Assembly: GCA_964019335.1 (NCBI GenBank)
Contig: OZ025679.1
Location: 547,608 to 611,607 of the forward strand
Origin: Diplonema japonicum
Lineage: Eukaryota; Protista; Euglenozoa: Diplonemea
DNA: 64,000 nucleotides
Direction of reading: 5' to 3'
Shown here in pieces: positions 33,318-44,487 of the stretch. Numbering within the stretch: position 1 is the stretch's first letter; each line of letters starts with the position of its first letter. The position numbers and the translations under genes were made by a program. The notes beneath the pieces were generated by a model. That model was not told the origin of the DNA. It did not search any database and saw only the letters and a program-made list of their open reading frames with translations.

Positions 33318-34722
33318 ATGGAGGTCACACTTGATGCGGGGTGCGAGTTGCGATATGAAGTAGTATGTAAAAACAACAAACAACAACACAAAATGCTCAC
33401 AGTTTGCGAATGACAAGTCGGCTAAGTTGAAGTTAGTATCAGAGAGAAACCAGTTTGCGGAGATCAATGGCACAGAGATGGCGGCAGGGAAGATGTACGA
33501 CTTGTCGGCCTCGTCAAACGGGTCAGTATTCACGTGGCACGGCTGCCAGCTCATGCTGCAGCACATCCCTTCGGAGCAGGTGTACACTGCAAAGGCGCCT
33601 GTGATGCAGCGCTATGCACATGTCCATTCAATGCTGGAAAAGCGGAGACAGTACGCAAAAGAGTCTAGCACCGCGGGGCCTCGAGTACTTATATGCGGTT
33701 CATCAAGCAGCGGGAAGCTGTCGCTAGCGAAGATCCTCGTAAACTACGCGGCAAGGCTTGACTGGCAACTCACCTATGCTGACCTCGATGTGACGCACAA
33801 CAGCATCTCGATCCCAGGGACACTCTCCGCAGTGCCCATCGACCGGCCTGTCCCCTTCGACGAGGGCTTCTCGATGTTTCCCCCTATCAATATGTACTAC
33901 GGAAGCGTGACCGTAGAGGACAAAGGCGAGGACTTGTACTACCAGCTGATATCGCAGCTGTCGCAGTACGTTGAGCAGCGTCATACCAGAAACACGAAGG
34001 CCAACCAGGGGGGCCTCATTGTGAAGGGCATGAACCTCAACAGCGTCAAAGACATCCAGCATATCATCAAAGCCTTCAAGATAGACGTGGTTCTTGTTGT
34101 GGATGACGACAAGCTGCACGCGCAGCTTGCGAATTCCAGCACCGGTATGCACAAAACGCCCCATGCACTGCCTCAGGTATCAGTGAAGTGGAAGTCATGT
34201 CTCTCCCGAGGAGTGGGGGTTGCTGCATGAAAACAGAAGCACGTAGGGAGACAGAGAGATCCCAGAGCTTGAACATCTATTTCAACGGTATGCTATGTAC
34301 TCTTCAAGCAACACCTTTAGGATGGCAGCACATGAAGCTTTACCCCCATAGCTACGAGATTCCTGACGTGTCCAAAATTAACCTTGTGAAAATGGGTGGC
34401 TCCTTGGCCACAACCATGGTATGCTGTGTTTCTGTGTTCATTACCGCCACAGGATGGCTTGCTTCCAATCGGCGAAAAGTCTACGCTGGCTGCGACGGAC
34501 GTATCTGTCGTGCAGGCTTCGAAAGAGCTTCAGAACACCATTATTGCCCTATCGCAGGCGACCGTCATCGACGAGGCGGCATCAGCACCCGTGTACGGGT
34601 TTGCCTTAGTGCAGTCCGTCAGCGACGACTGCCGCTCCATTACACTACTCATCCCCGTCCCCGTTACTTCTCTCATATCAGACATTTTTGTAGTGGGTGA
34701 TGTCCGCTGGCTCGGACACTGA
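33318..34722 (+). CDS. CLP1: Clp1 polynucleotide 5'-kinase / mRNA cleavage factor; 4 introns
   Basis: Motifs ELRYEV, AEINGTEM, VFTWHGC, GPRVLICG..SSGK..LAKILVNYAAR, DLD...ISIPGT, LPRSGG and LLPIG. Introns 33363-33402, 34145-34176, 34288-34320 and 34419-34452. Confidence 0.92.
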
Positions 34723-35029
34723 TAACTGTAATGCATAGTGTAGTGTTAGTATTTGCTTCTCCTTCAGTAGCTCGCCGGGTTTTGGTCGTGCAAGTTACCA
34801 AGGGGACTCTTTTCAGGAAGGCTTCGAAGAATTTTCCAAGGTCAGTTTTTAAGATATTGTGAGAATTCTCGCAAAAATAATTTATGTTGTTACCCTTGAT
34901 TGACCTTTACTGGGGCCACCCAGGCCTTGTGTTTTCTGAAGCAGAATGTACTAGAAATAAGAGATTGTCGAAAAAGAACAACCTGCACGACCATTACCCC
35001 GATATGAAAATGCTCTCTTTACAGGAAAA

Positions 35030-35890
35030 ATGAGTAACAAGGGTCCGTTGCGCAAAGGGCAGGACCTCACCAGTCAGTACCTGGAATTGCAGGTCGACCC
35101 GAAGAAGCGAAGAAGGGGCGATGAGAAGCGTCCGATGCTTGCAAGGGAGTGCAATGAAGTTGCCGACGCAGAGAGGTACAGGGTGCAGATCATTTTGGAG
35201 ATTACGAAGAAGATAGAAGACGTCCAGAACGCTGCCCTCGGAGAGTTCAGGATACAAGAGCTGAATGACGAGATTAACAAGCTCATAAGGGAAAAGGGAC
35301 ATTGGCAGAGACAAATTAAGAATTTGGGCGGACCGGACCACTTTTTAGCGTCTTCGGGTTACGAGGAAGGGTTGCGTGCACACGGCAGTGGCGGCTACAT
35401 GTACTTCGGTGCTGCGAAGAATTTACCAGGTGTTAAAGAGCTGTTCGAAGTAGAGGCACAGGGCCCGAGGAAGAAATCAAGAGCTGAGCTGTACAAGTCC
35501 ATCACACCGGACTACTACGGGTACCGTGATGACGACGATGGGCTGATCAATGCTGAAAGGCGAGCAGAGGCAAAGATGCGAGCTCGGATCATCAAAGAGG
35601 TGAAGGCGAAGATGACCGAAAGCGGCGCAGCCTATGAACACGAGCTGGACAACAGTGACGCCTTCATCAACGTCCCGTCGCAGAGCGAAGTGGAAAAGAA
35701 GATGCTCGAAGGCCGCAAGAAACAGCTCCTTGCCCGCTACGGCATCACGGACATTCAGGTATGCAAGTCAAGCCTCTTAAGCGACAACCAGGAAGCAGAT
35801 AATAAACCGAAGGCAAAGGAAGACGCAGTGGCAGTGCAGGGGCCCAGCCCCATCCCTTCCCCTACCCCTTCCCCCACCCCCTCTCATTAA
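35030..35890 (+). CDS. ISY1: Pre-mRNA splicing factor ISY1 (NTC complex); 1 in-frame intron
   Basis: Motifs AERYRVQII.EI..KI..VQNAALGEFRIQELNDEINKLIREKGHW..QIKNLGG, YMYFGAAKNLPGVKELF and DYYGYRDDDDG. Intron 35759-35791. Confidence 0.93.
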   Translation: MSNKGPLRKGQDLTSQYLELQVDPKKRRRGDEKRPMLARECNEVADAERYRVQIILEITKKIEDVQNAALGEFRIQELNDEINKLIREKGHWQRQIKNLGGPDHFLASSGYEEGLRAHGSGGYMYFGAAKNLPGVKELFEVEAQGPRKKSRAELYKSITPDYYGYRDDDDGLINAERRAEAKMRARIIKEVKAKMTESGAAYEHELDNSDAFINVPSQSEVEKKMLEGRKKQLLARYGITDIQVCKSSLLSDNQEADNKPKAKEDAVAVQGPSPIPSPTPSPTPSH

Positions 35891-35960
35891 GTGTCAGTAA
35901 CGGTATAGCTGTTATATTTTGTTGCTTTGCGTTGTTTCAATTCACGTGTTCAAGGTTTAA

Positions 35961-37024
35961 ATGACGACAGTAGAGTTGCACACGTCACCCCCGTGCTACG
36001 GGCAGCGAGCGAGTGACCCGCACTGCTTGGCAGCGCAGAAGGCACTTGAACTCAGTGGCGTGGCGTACGACCTTGTGGGCGAGTGTTCAAATGATGTCGT
36101 GGTGCCGAACCTGGTGGTATTCGGGGATGTATGTGAAAAGCCTACCCTCAACGAGTGCACGGCCGACACCCCTTCGCGGTCTTTCGACGCCATCATAAGC
36201 TTCATTGAGGACAACGGTGCGTACCAGGGACCGATCAAAACGACGCACCAGCTGAACGCAAGATCTAGAGCGCAGGGTGTTGCTTATAGGACGCTTCTCG
36301 AGTCCAATCTACTTCCCTCGCTGCAGTGGGTGCGGTGCAACAAGCACAGAGCACTGCACAGAAGGGAGATGAGCAACAGCGTTGGGTGGTTGAAGGTATG
36401 CGCAATATTGATACAGCACATGCATGCACAGCGATCGTGGTCATCGGCCAACTCGTTCAGCGTGAAGGAGAAGATGCAGATGCGGAAGGTACGCTCTGTT
36501 GTAAAGAGTGACAAAGATGCTGTCTGTCTGGCTATGGTATGAGGTTCAACATGACTATATCGTACAGGATGGGTACAATACAATAGCAACGATTCTAAAA
36601 TCTTCTAGCACTGAGTATATGCTGGGTACCACTGAGCCCACCTTGCTAGATGTGCTCACGTGGGGCATGCTAGTGGCACACAAGACACAGCCCTGCCTCA
36701 ATATTGAGCTCGCCAAAGTATGCTGATGTCTTTTTCTAACACACGTCGCAGTACCGCATAATCGAGACCTTCCTACAAACTATGTCTAAAGAGGAGATCA
36801 CGCCCCCGCTTCAACTCCGCCCCCTCGCTACAGCTGAGGAAACCACCGATCCGCATGCCGAGGGACGTATCCCAGCTGCCCTGTTCATGACATCTGTCTT
36901 CTTTTACCATCTTTTAAATAATAGTGAAATATTACAAGCCTCTGGCCCACTATTTCTGGCGGGCCTCAGGACCCTTAGAGGGTTCGCTCAGCAGAGCCTT
37001 CAGCGTCTCAACGATAAGCTCTAG
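35961..37024 (+). CDS. Metaxin-like (GST-fold) mitochondrial outer membrane protein; 3 introns
   Basis: Motifs SDPHCLAAQKAL, AYRTLLESNLLPSLQW and YMLGTTEPTLLDVLTWG, plus a C-terminal hydrophobic segment. Introns 36396-36431, 36537-36567 and 36718-36751. Confidence 0.75.
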
Positions 37025-37090
37025 TGTAGTGTGTAGATTTAAAGTCCGAGTCACTCAGTGCGCGAATGTCAGGTCATACAGGTCATTAAG

Positions 37091-37225
37091 ATGCCGAAAA
37101 AGCCTGCAGCGAAGAAGGCTAAAGCTAAGGTGGTTGAGGAGCAACAATTTAAGGAATGGACTGCAAAGGAAGAACAGCACGAAATCGAGCAGCTGGTGAA
37201 ATGGATTAAAACTGAGTACGCGTAG
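37091..37225 (+). CDS. Candidate 44-aa microprotein
   Basis: MPKKPAAKKAKAKVVEEQQFKEWTAKEEQHEIEQLVKWIKTEYA*, preceded by tacag-GTCATTAAG-ATG; below the ORF-track cutoff. Confidence 0.5.
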   Translation: MPKKPAAKKAKAKVVEEQQFKEWTAKEEQHEIEQLVKWIKTEYA

Positions 37226-37285
37226 AACAGTGTCTGTTATTATTTTTTACCACGCGCTTGCGTATTCATCATAGGTTAGATTATC

Positions 37286-38815
37286 ATGCCTTGCTTAGAT
37301 GCTTTAATGCCGTGGGAGCTTCAGCAAGAGCTTCAGAAAGCGGTTCTCGAAGGAGATGAAAAGCTGGTGTGCGAGCTCATCTCCAGGATACACAAGGATC
37401 TGCTGGATACCACTGATGATGACGACAGGACGCCTCTGTTCAATGCTTGCTTGCTGGGGCATGGTGGCATCGTGCGGGAGCTAGTGGCCACGAAGGGCGT
37501 GGACGTCAACGTCAATGACATAGAGGGCAACACGCCTCTTTATGTGGCAGCTTCTAAGGGCCACATGGAAGCAGTGAGGCATCTTTGCATCGCTGGTGCT
37601 GACCCTACTATCCGTGGTACAAGCACCCTCACCCCATTCAAGGTGTCCCTCGCTGCCGGGCACACTAAGATTGCTGACGGGCTTATGTATTACGAACTGA
37701 AGTGGAGAGCTGCCTTCTTTGCTAAGGCCGAGTCCCAGAAAAGGGCAACGCTACACAAGTCGGAGGAGGCCAGGCGGCAGCTGATTCGCAAGCAGCAAGG
37801 CATTCACTTGCAGGCGACACTACGCATCATCCAAGAAAGGGAGATGGCAGAAATCATGCCTTCTGACGAGGAGAGCGATGATACGCAACTCATGCAATTC
37901 TGCCAAAACGAGATCGAAAAACTCAGCATCTCAGGTCCTGACATCGGCAGGTGGAACGAGCAGGTAGAGTCCGAGAAGCCGCGGAGTCCTTCTGTGGCAA
38001 GTGTTTATGAACCTGAAGCCGAGTCAGAGCCTGTGGAGACGGAAGAGGAGAAGAAGCAGAGGTTTCGGCAAGAGCAAAGGCACAAGGAGCACGAGTTGCA
38101 CCAGCAGCAGCTGCGCAGCGTCTTTGCACAGAAAGAGTCGAAGAAGATACCTGCTGAAGAGTTCAAGCTAGATGACCAGACGGTAGACTTGAAGACCTTC
38201 AGCCCCTTTGAGACATTGTGTGCAGCAGCGAACAGAGGCGATCTAGATACGTGTGTTAAGATGGGTAGGCTAACCCCTATTGACCCCCCTGTGGGGAAAG
38301 GGCACACTCCTTTGGTGTGGGCAGTGGTAGGCGGCCAGGTTCATGTTGTGCAGTGGCTGGTTAGCCGTGGTGTAGACGCTAGGAGGAAGGATTCTTGCGG
38401 CTACACCGCAATGTTCCATGCCGTGCAGCATGGGAAAGATGAGATCATTAAGTTACTAGCGCAGCACTGTACAGAGCTTCTTTATGATGTGGACCATGAA
38501 GGGCACAACCTGGTGCAGTGGGCTGCATTCTCAGGCAGCACAAGCACTCTGCGCATTCTTGTCGAATCGTGCAGGGTGAGTCTGGAAGCCCTTGACCGCG
38601 AGGGGAAAAGCTGCTTGCATTGGGGAGCGCAGCAGGGGAACATCGAAGCGCTGCAGTACTTGCTGCCCCGCTGCCATGTCGAACTCATCTTCCAGCAAGA
38701 CTGTAACGGGCTAACCGCAGAGGACCAAGCACGTATGATGACACACGTCCCTGCAGCTAACGCCATAAGGTCCCATTGTTTGTCCCTAACGAGCCACCGC
38801 CCCCGCAACATGTAA
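37286..38815 (+). CDS. Ankyrin-repeat protein (two ankyrin blocks separated by a charged linker)
   Basis: Motifs TPLFNAC, GNTPLYVAASKGH, GHTPLVWAV and GKSCLHWGAQQG. Confidence 0.88.
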   Translation: MPCLDALMPWELQQELQKAVLEGDEKLVCELISRIHKDLLDTTDDDDRTPLFNACLLGHGGIVRELVATKGVDVNVNDIEGNTPLYVAASKGHMEAVRHLCIAGADPTIRGTSTLTPFKVSLAAGHTKIADGLMYYELKWRAAFFAKAESQKRATLHKSEEARRQLIRKQQGIHLQATLRIIQEREMAEIMPSDEESDDTQLMQFCQNEIEKLSISGPDIGRWNEQVESEKPRSPSVASVYEPEAESEPVETEEEKKQRFRQEQRHKEHELHQQQLRSVFAQKESKKIPAEEFKLDDQTVDLKTFSPFETLCAAANRGDLDTCVKMGRLTPIDPPVGKGHTPLVWAVVGGQVHVVQWLVSRGVDARRKDSCGYTAMFHAVQHGKDEIIKLLAQHCTELLYDVDHEGHNLVQWAAFSGSTSTLRILVESCRVSLEALDREGKSCLHWGAQQGNIEALQYLLPRCHVELIFQQDCNGLTAEDQARMMTHVPAANAIRSHCLSLTSHRPRNM

Positions 38816-39150
38816 TTTTATTTATTTGTACCATCCAATGTATTTTATGTATTTTTAAACTGAGAACAGGATGTCCCATCTCCTTAAGCTCATATGGCCA
38901 CGGTAATACGTCCTTACTTAGGATCGAAAAGAAATGATGAGAGGGACGGGTTTTGGTTCATTTTGACAAACCTGTATTATCAGCGGCCATATATTTTGTT
39001 AATTCCTTTTTTGTAACATTGTTTATCTTCACCAACGTGTTGTGTGCTCGTGTTTATCTTTTTTTAACTCGGCGCACCGTAGAGTTTTGTTTTCTTTTTG
39101 CATTCATTTTTAGCTTGCATACAAGATTTATTTCAGGGTGTGGTTGATTA

Positions 39151-40005
39151 ATGTTGCGTTCGTGCATTCAGTCCTGCACCAGAGGTGTGTCTCAACAAAT
39201 ACTGTGTGTCGTGCTTGTCCACGTCATGTTGGCTTCTGCTGATGACAGTACGTCCTTTGTTTCTTTCTTGACATAATGTAACCCACTACAGCGTGTGTTG
39301 GAGGCCAAACAAGACAATACATGCCGTCCAAGAATGACATTGAGCTGACCCCCGGGTATGGACACATGCTAACGATACTGCAACAGGTCAGGCCACAAGG
39401 CGACAGTGATCTTCATGCACGGGTTGGGTGATACGGGGGAGGGATGGGAGCAACCGTGCAAGATGCTTCAAGAAGCGATGCCTGACGTGAAGTTCGTGCT
39501 TCCAACTGCGCCTACGATGCCAGTGAGCCTGAATGCAGGGCACCCTATGCCAGCCTGGTACGACATCGTCGGTTTGGGTTCTAGGTCGAACGAACAGTGC
39601 GAGGGCATCGAAGAGAGCAAAGAGAGGATCTCCGGTCTTCTCCAAAAGGAGCGTGATGCTGGTATCCAGAAGCTGTTCCTGTGTGGGTTCTCTCAAGGTG
39701 GTGCAATGTCCCTCTACACCGGGCTACAGGAGAAGGAGCTCCTGACAGGCATTGCCGCACTGTCGTCCTACCTTCCGCGCCCGTCTGCGCTTGTTGGCCA
39801 AACAGAAAGCAAGAAAGATATCCCTATTTTGATGTGCCATGGCACGGATGATAGCGTCGTGCAGCTTCCGTGGGCACAGGGGTCGCACGAAAAGCTCAAA
39901 GAGATGGGGCACAAGGTTGACTTCCACACCTTCCCTGGCATGGGTCACGAGCTCGACATGAAGGAGTTCAGGGTGTTTGCTGGGTGGCTGAAGAGCAATA
40001 TGTAG
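39151..40005 (+). CDS. Acyl-protein thioesterase / lysophospholipase (APT1/LYPLA family); 2 introns; alternative start at 39321
   Basis: Motifs IFMHGLGDTG, PTAP, MPAWYDI, GFSQGG, HGTDD.VV and GMGH. Introns 39248-39291 and 39356-39386. Confidence 0.9.
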
Positions 40006-40232
40006 TTCTGCTATATGGTCAGGAGTAGTGTTTATCTTCATGACAGTCTGCGAGTACTTTCGGGGAAGGGAAGCATCATTAGGTAAGCACGCACTGCGGT
40101 GAGTTGTTGCCAACACTTCCCGATCATTGTGGATTTTGTGTTTCTGCCAGACATGCTTGTCACTGAGTTCTGTAACCGCATGCGGGCTACGTTATTTCTT
40201 ACCTTTCCTTTTCAACCTCACACCAAAGGAAC

Positions 40233-41835
40233 ATGAGAGCAATGCAGCGACGTTACGCGGCGATGTCTGCTGGCGGGCAGATACCTAACATCGCCTCTAT
40301 CCCTAACTCCTATCACGAGAATGTTGCTCCTCATTCATGGAACAACATCAAAGGCGAAGACGCAATTAAAAGAAAGAAGGGTCTGCTGAGGGGGCTGTCA
40401 TCACCCGAGCCGTTGATGCGACGGAAAGAGGCGCCCAACGCAACACCCAAGAGGGAGGTGGTTCCGTCGTTGTTCGATCCTGACGAGCACCCTGTCGAGA
40501 GCGAGCCGCACTCGTGGGAGAAGGTCATCCAGACTGGGAACGCAGCGCCGAGTGACGAGTTTGGAAGGAAGTCCTTTTTCCTGAACCCTATCAAACCCGA
40601 CCCCAACACCAACCTTTTCACACAGATTATTATCGATGCCCTTGAGGAGGCAAAGGCAGAGGATATCGTCGTCGTAGACACCACGAACAAGTGGACTTTC
40701 TTCCCTGACTTCACTGAGTACATCTGGCTCAGCAAAACACCCCAGCGCCGCATGGACATGACAATCTTCGCCTCAGGCTTGTCGGCTGCTCACATGAACA
40801 ACATTGCTGCATCCGTCATCGACAAGGCTAAAAAGGGTTTGATACCTTGTGAGTCGAAGAGCAGCGAGAGGAGGGTGGAGGAGTCACGAGAGGAAATCTA
40901 CTGGAGGATCAACATCCCGTGCGGGAAGATCATGGTGGACATCTCGCACCCCCACAGAAGGGACTGGAAAATGAATGAGCGGAAACTTGTTTGCCAAACC
41001 ACAGAGCACGCTGGGAGGTTCATGGAAGACTTGATGCTTAACCAGGGGTGGATCAGAGCATGGGACTATTGGACGCCCAATGCACCATGCTTACCTAAAA
41101 CAGATTTTGAACACGTGTATGCTGCTGAGAGGGCGCATGGATGGGAGCGCCTTGATGTGTTAAAACCTGAATACGTAGTGACAGATGAAGACCTCGGAAG
41201 GCGCGGATACGGAAAAGTCAACCACCGATTCAGCGAGATAGACCTTGATAACCCTACGAAGGAAGACGTTGAATACATACGGGAGCAGCTCCAAGAGCGA
41301 AAGAACACCTTGAACGAACCATACTTCTCGATTGATGGGACTGCCGAGCAAGTTCTTGATAACAGGGCGGCGGAGATTGCATCAGGCGAACTTTATACGA
41401 ATTTCGAGTTGGAGAAGAATCCCACATCTTCTGTGACAGACGAGGAGCTCGTGAACTACTTGAAATTGCTACGGAAGTTGACAGACCATGAAAATAATAT
41501 CATGCGTGAGTCGCCAGAGACGAAGGAGCGAAAGGACAAGGAATGGGCGGAATATGAAAGGTATGACATACATCGCATCAACATGCAACAGGCGGCGAGA
41601 GGCGAGAATACGAAAGTTCGGCTACTATGACTACATTGAGCTGGCCAATGATATGAACCGGAGGGTATGTTAAAGACTCCTACCTAAGCACAATTCACAG
41701 CGTGCAGTCCTGCCCGATGGTGTGCGCACATGGGACGAGGACACTATTCCAGATTTCTACATCACGCCGCATCCTGAGAACTACCAGGGGAAGCCGAGGG
41801 ATACCCGCTGGGGTCCTGGGTGGTACGACGTCTAG
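40233..41835 (+). CDS. Mitochondrial RsfS/Iojap (MALSU1-like) domain protein with long extensions; 2 introns
   Basis: Presequence-like MRAMQRRY; motifs IIDALEEAKAEDIVVVD, IFASGLSAAHMNNIA and W..IPCGKIMVDI. Introns 41561-41591 and 41665-41700. Confidence 0.7.
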
Positions 41836-41935
41836 TTACTTTCTTCTCGAGATTTCATTTAATGTACTAATACTACAATTTTAGTTCACACAACACAAGT
41901 TTTCGTCCACATTTTTTCGATTCCAAAATTCTAAA

Positions 41936-44357
41936 ATGACCGAAGCGCTACTTCCACCGACCGACACCAGCAGGTACCTTGCTGATCTTGTGACCTGCAA
42001 CAAGTGCTTGGGCGTGATGGAGGACCCCGTGACAACGCCATGTTCTCACAGCTACTGCAGGGGCTGCGCCGAGGGCATGATCCATGATGCGTCCGACAGC
42101 ATTGGTGAACAGAAGAAGTTCTCGTGTTTCATGTGCGATTACACTATTCGCATGGATTCTGTACAGAGTCTAAAGGACAGCGTCCCAATCTCAGGGACAC
42201 TCCTGAGCAACGAGAAGGTCAACAATGTGATCGGCATTTTGAAGGGTGAAATCAAGCAGCCCGTAGAGCACTGTGAAAGGTGCAGAAAGAACGAAGCAGT
42301 GATCGTGTGCTTGGAATGCGACACCAAGTGCAACAGGTTTTGCGACCAGTGCAACATCAGAACGCACAGAGGGAAGACTAAGGACCACGTGGCTGCTAGC
42401 TTCCTGAAGAGCGCTGCAGAAGAACTCGGCAAGTGGAAAGAAGGCTCGAAGGCGCCAAGGGAGATGATCAAAGCCTCTATCAAGAATATCGACAACAGCA
42501 TTGAGGCATCCTTGGACAAGGTGAAGACGCAGAGGGAAGCTATTGTCACAGGTGCCAGTGAGCTTCATGCTGCTGTGAACAAGCAGAGCAAGGAGCTTCG
42601 TGAGCAATGCCAGCAGCATCGTGATCAGCAGATGAAAACCCTGAGAGACGCGAGGAGGGAGCTTGTGAGTGGTGTGGCACTCATTAACAAGCTAGAGCTG
42701 GATATCAAGCGCGCTACATCTGAGGACTCAAAGGGTAAAGCAACAACTGCGGAACTGCCTGCACTCAAACAGCAGTTTGAACAGCGGTTCAAGAGGCTCG
42801 AGTCAGCAACGGGGACCTGGAAGGACATCCCATGTTTCCAAACTGGGGAAAAGTCAGGATTTGGGCACAGTTTGGTTGAGTCAATGAAGGCAGCTGAGGG
42901 GTTTCCGAATATTTTTAACTTCATAGCCACGCCAACAAAATGGGCACAGCAGAAGGAAATCGACAAAGAGCTGGCAGAGCTGGTGGCACAAGAGGCAAAT
43001 GGGAAAGAGGACCCCATTGCGCCTGAAGAGGTAGACAAGATTCAATCGCTGCCTGCAGCTAAGGGCAACCAGACGGAGTGGAGGGTCAACGATGAGGCCA
43101 AAGAGGTCAGCTACATGGACGATACTGCGCGAGTGATCCCCAGAGAGTGGAACCAGGAGGCATCTGAGGACACCGCCGTGCTGAGGCTTGTTGACGAGAC
43201 GTCGTACTCTGGCTTCAGCTACACAACAACAGCTATGGGATGGACCATAAAGGAGGAGGAGGTCTTCGTGACGGAACGTATTGACGAAACCACAGTAGCT
43301 GTTGTTGAAGACGCGGAAATTGAAGGTGACGACAAGCGCAAGAAGCAGACTGTAGAGATCGTGACGTGGGACGACGTCACCGCAGAGGTCACGCTGTGCC
43401 CGTCGAGGAAGAGGGTTGAGGAACAGCAGCAGGAAGAGTTTAATTTCTTTGCGGCGTGGAGGGACATGGCGGTTTCGTGCGTCGAACGTCCCGCTTTCAA
43501 GAAAGAGGAAAATAACGCATTCAGTGCCTTGGAAGCCGCAAGAGACTCAAGTATCAAAAACATCAGAAAGGAGCAGCAAGCGCTTTGGAATATGGTTACT
43601 ACTCTGAATGCTGGGGACTACAAACTTGTGGTTGCAGAAAAGAGGAAGTTAAACGATGAGGTTGTTACCAAAGAGAAGTGGCTCGAGGCTGAGGGAAATG
43701 ATGAGGCGGGTTGGGAGGCTGCTGAGGTGATCGTCAGTGAGTCACTAATCGGCAATAGCGAGCACATGACCGCCATTAACTCACAAGCCGAAGAAGGTAA
43801 AGAAGTGTACGCCGTGTGCCATGCTGGTAACGCTATCAGGCAGTTGGTCATTAAGGTCGATTCAGGGGCCACAGTTGCAGATGTGAGGGCTGCCATCGTA
43901 GAAGCATCTCCAGAGGCCCCCGAGTGCCACAAAGGTATGAGGCACTAATGTCTTCACTTCACAAAAGATGAGAACCCGGAGGTGAAGTTGCCAGAGAAGT
44001 GGGGCATCTTGACATCCGAGTTTAGAGCCATTCCTGAGTATGCCAGAGTTTTTTACCCAAATATCCAGGGACGACGAAGGAGCCAAGCCTGCTGCAGAGG
44101 TGCAGGGCTCATGCAGCGTGATTTGGATCCAGTGCTGCACAGCCGCCGAAGCTGTTGGATCAACGCCGCCTGCTGACAAGCCTTCAGATGAACCTGCAGA
44201 AGAGGTGGCAAACGAGGCAGCTCCAGATGATGCCCAAGTAGAAGATGAAGGCGCTCCAGCTGATGCACCGGCTGAAGAGGCTGAAGCCGAGAAGCCCGCT
44301 GAAGAGGCCGAAGCCGAGGCACCGGAGCCAGCTGCCGAGGAGCCGGCAGAAGAGTAG
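41936..44357 (+). CDS. TRIM-like RING / B-box / coiled-coil protein with acidic tail; 2 introns
   Basis: RING CNKC..EDPVTTPCSHSYCRGC..CFMC; B-box CERC..AVIVCLEC..FCDQC..RTH..DH. Introns 43935-43967 and 44038-44068. Confidence 0.8.
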
Positions 44358-44487
44358 ATCACCTTACGCTATGACGTCTGTACACTAGGGCATTCTTTCC
44401 TCTCTATTTCTTTGTGCCATTATCATGGCATTTTTACGACAACTTAATTTTTTCTTTCAATATACATTGCAAGTACCACAGGCTGCA

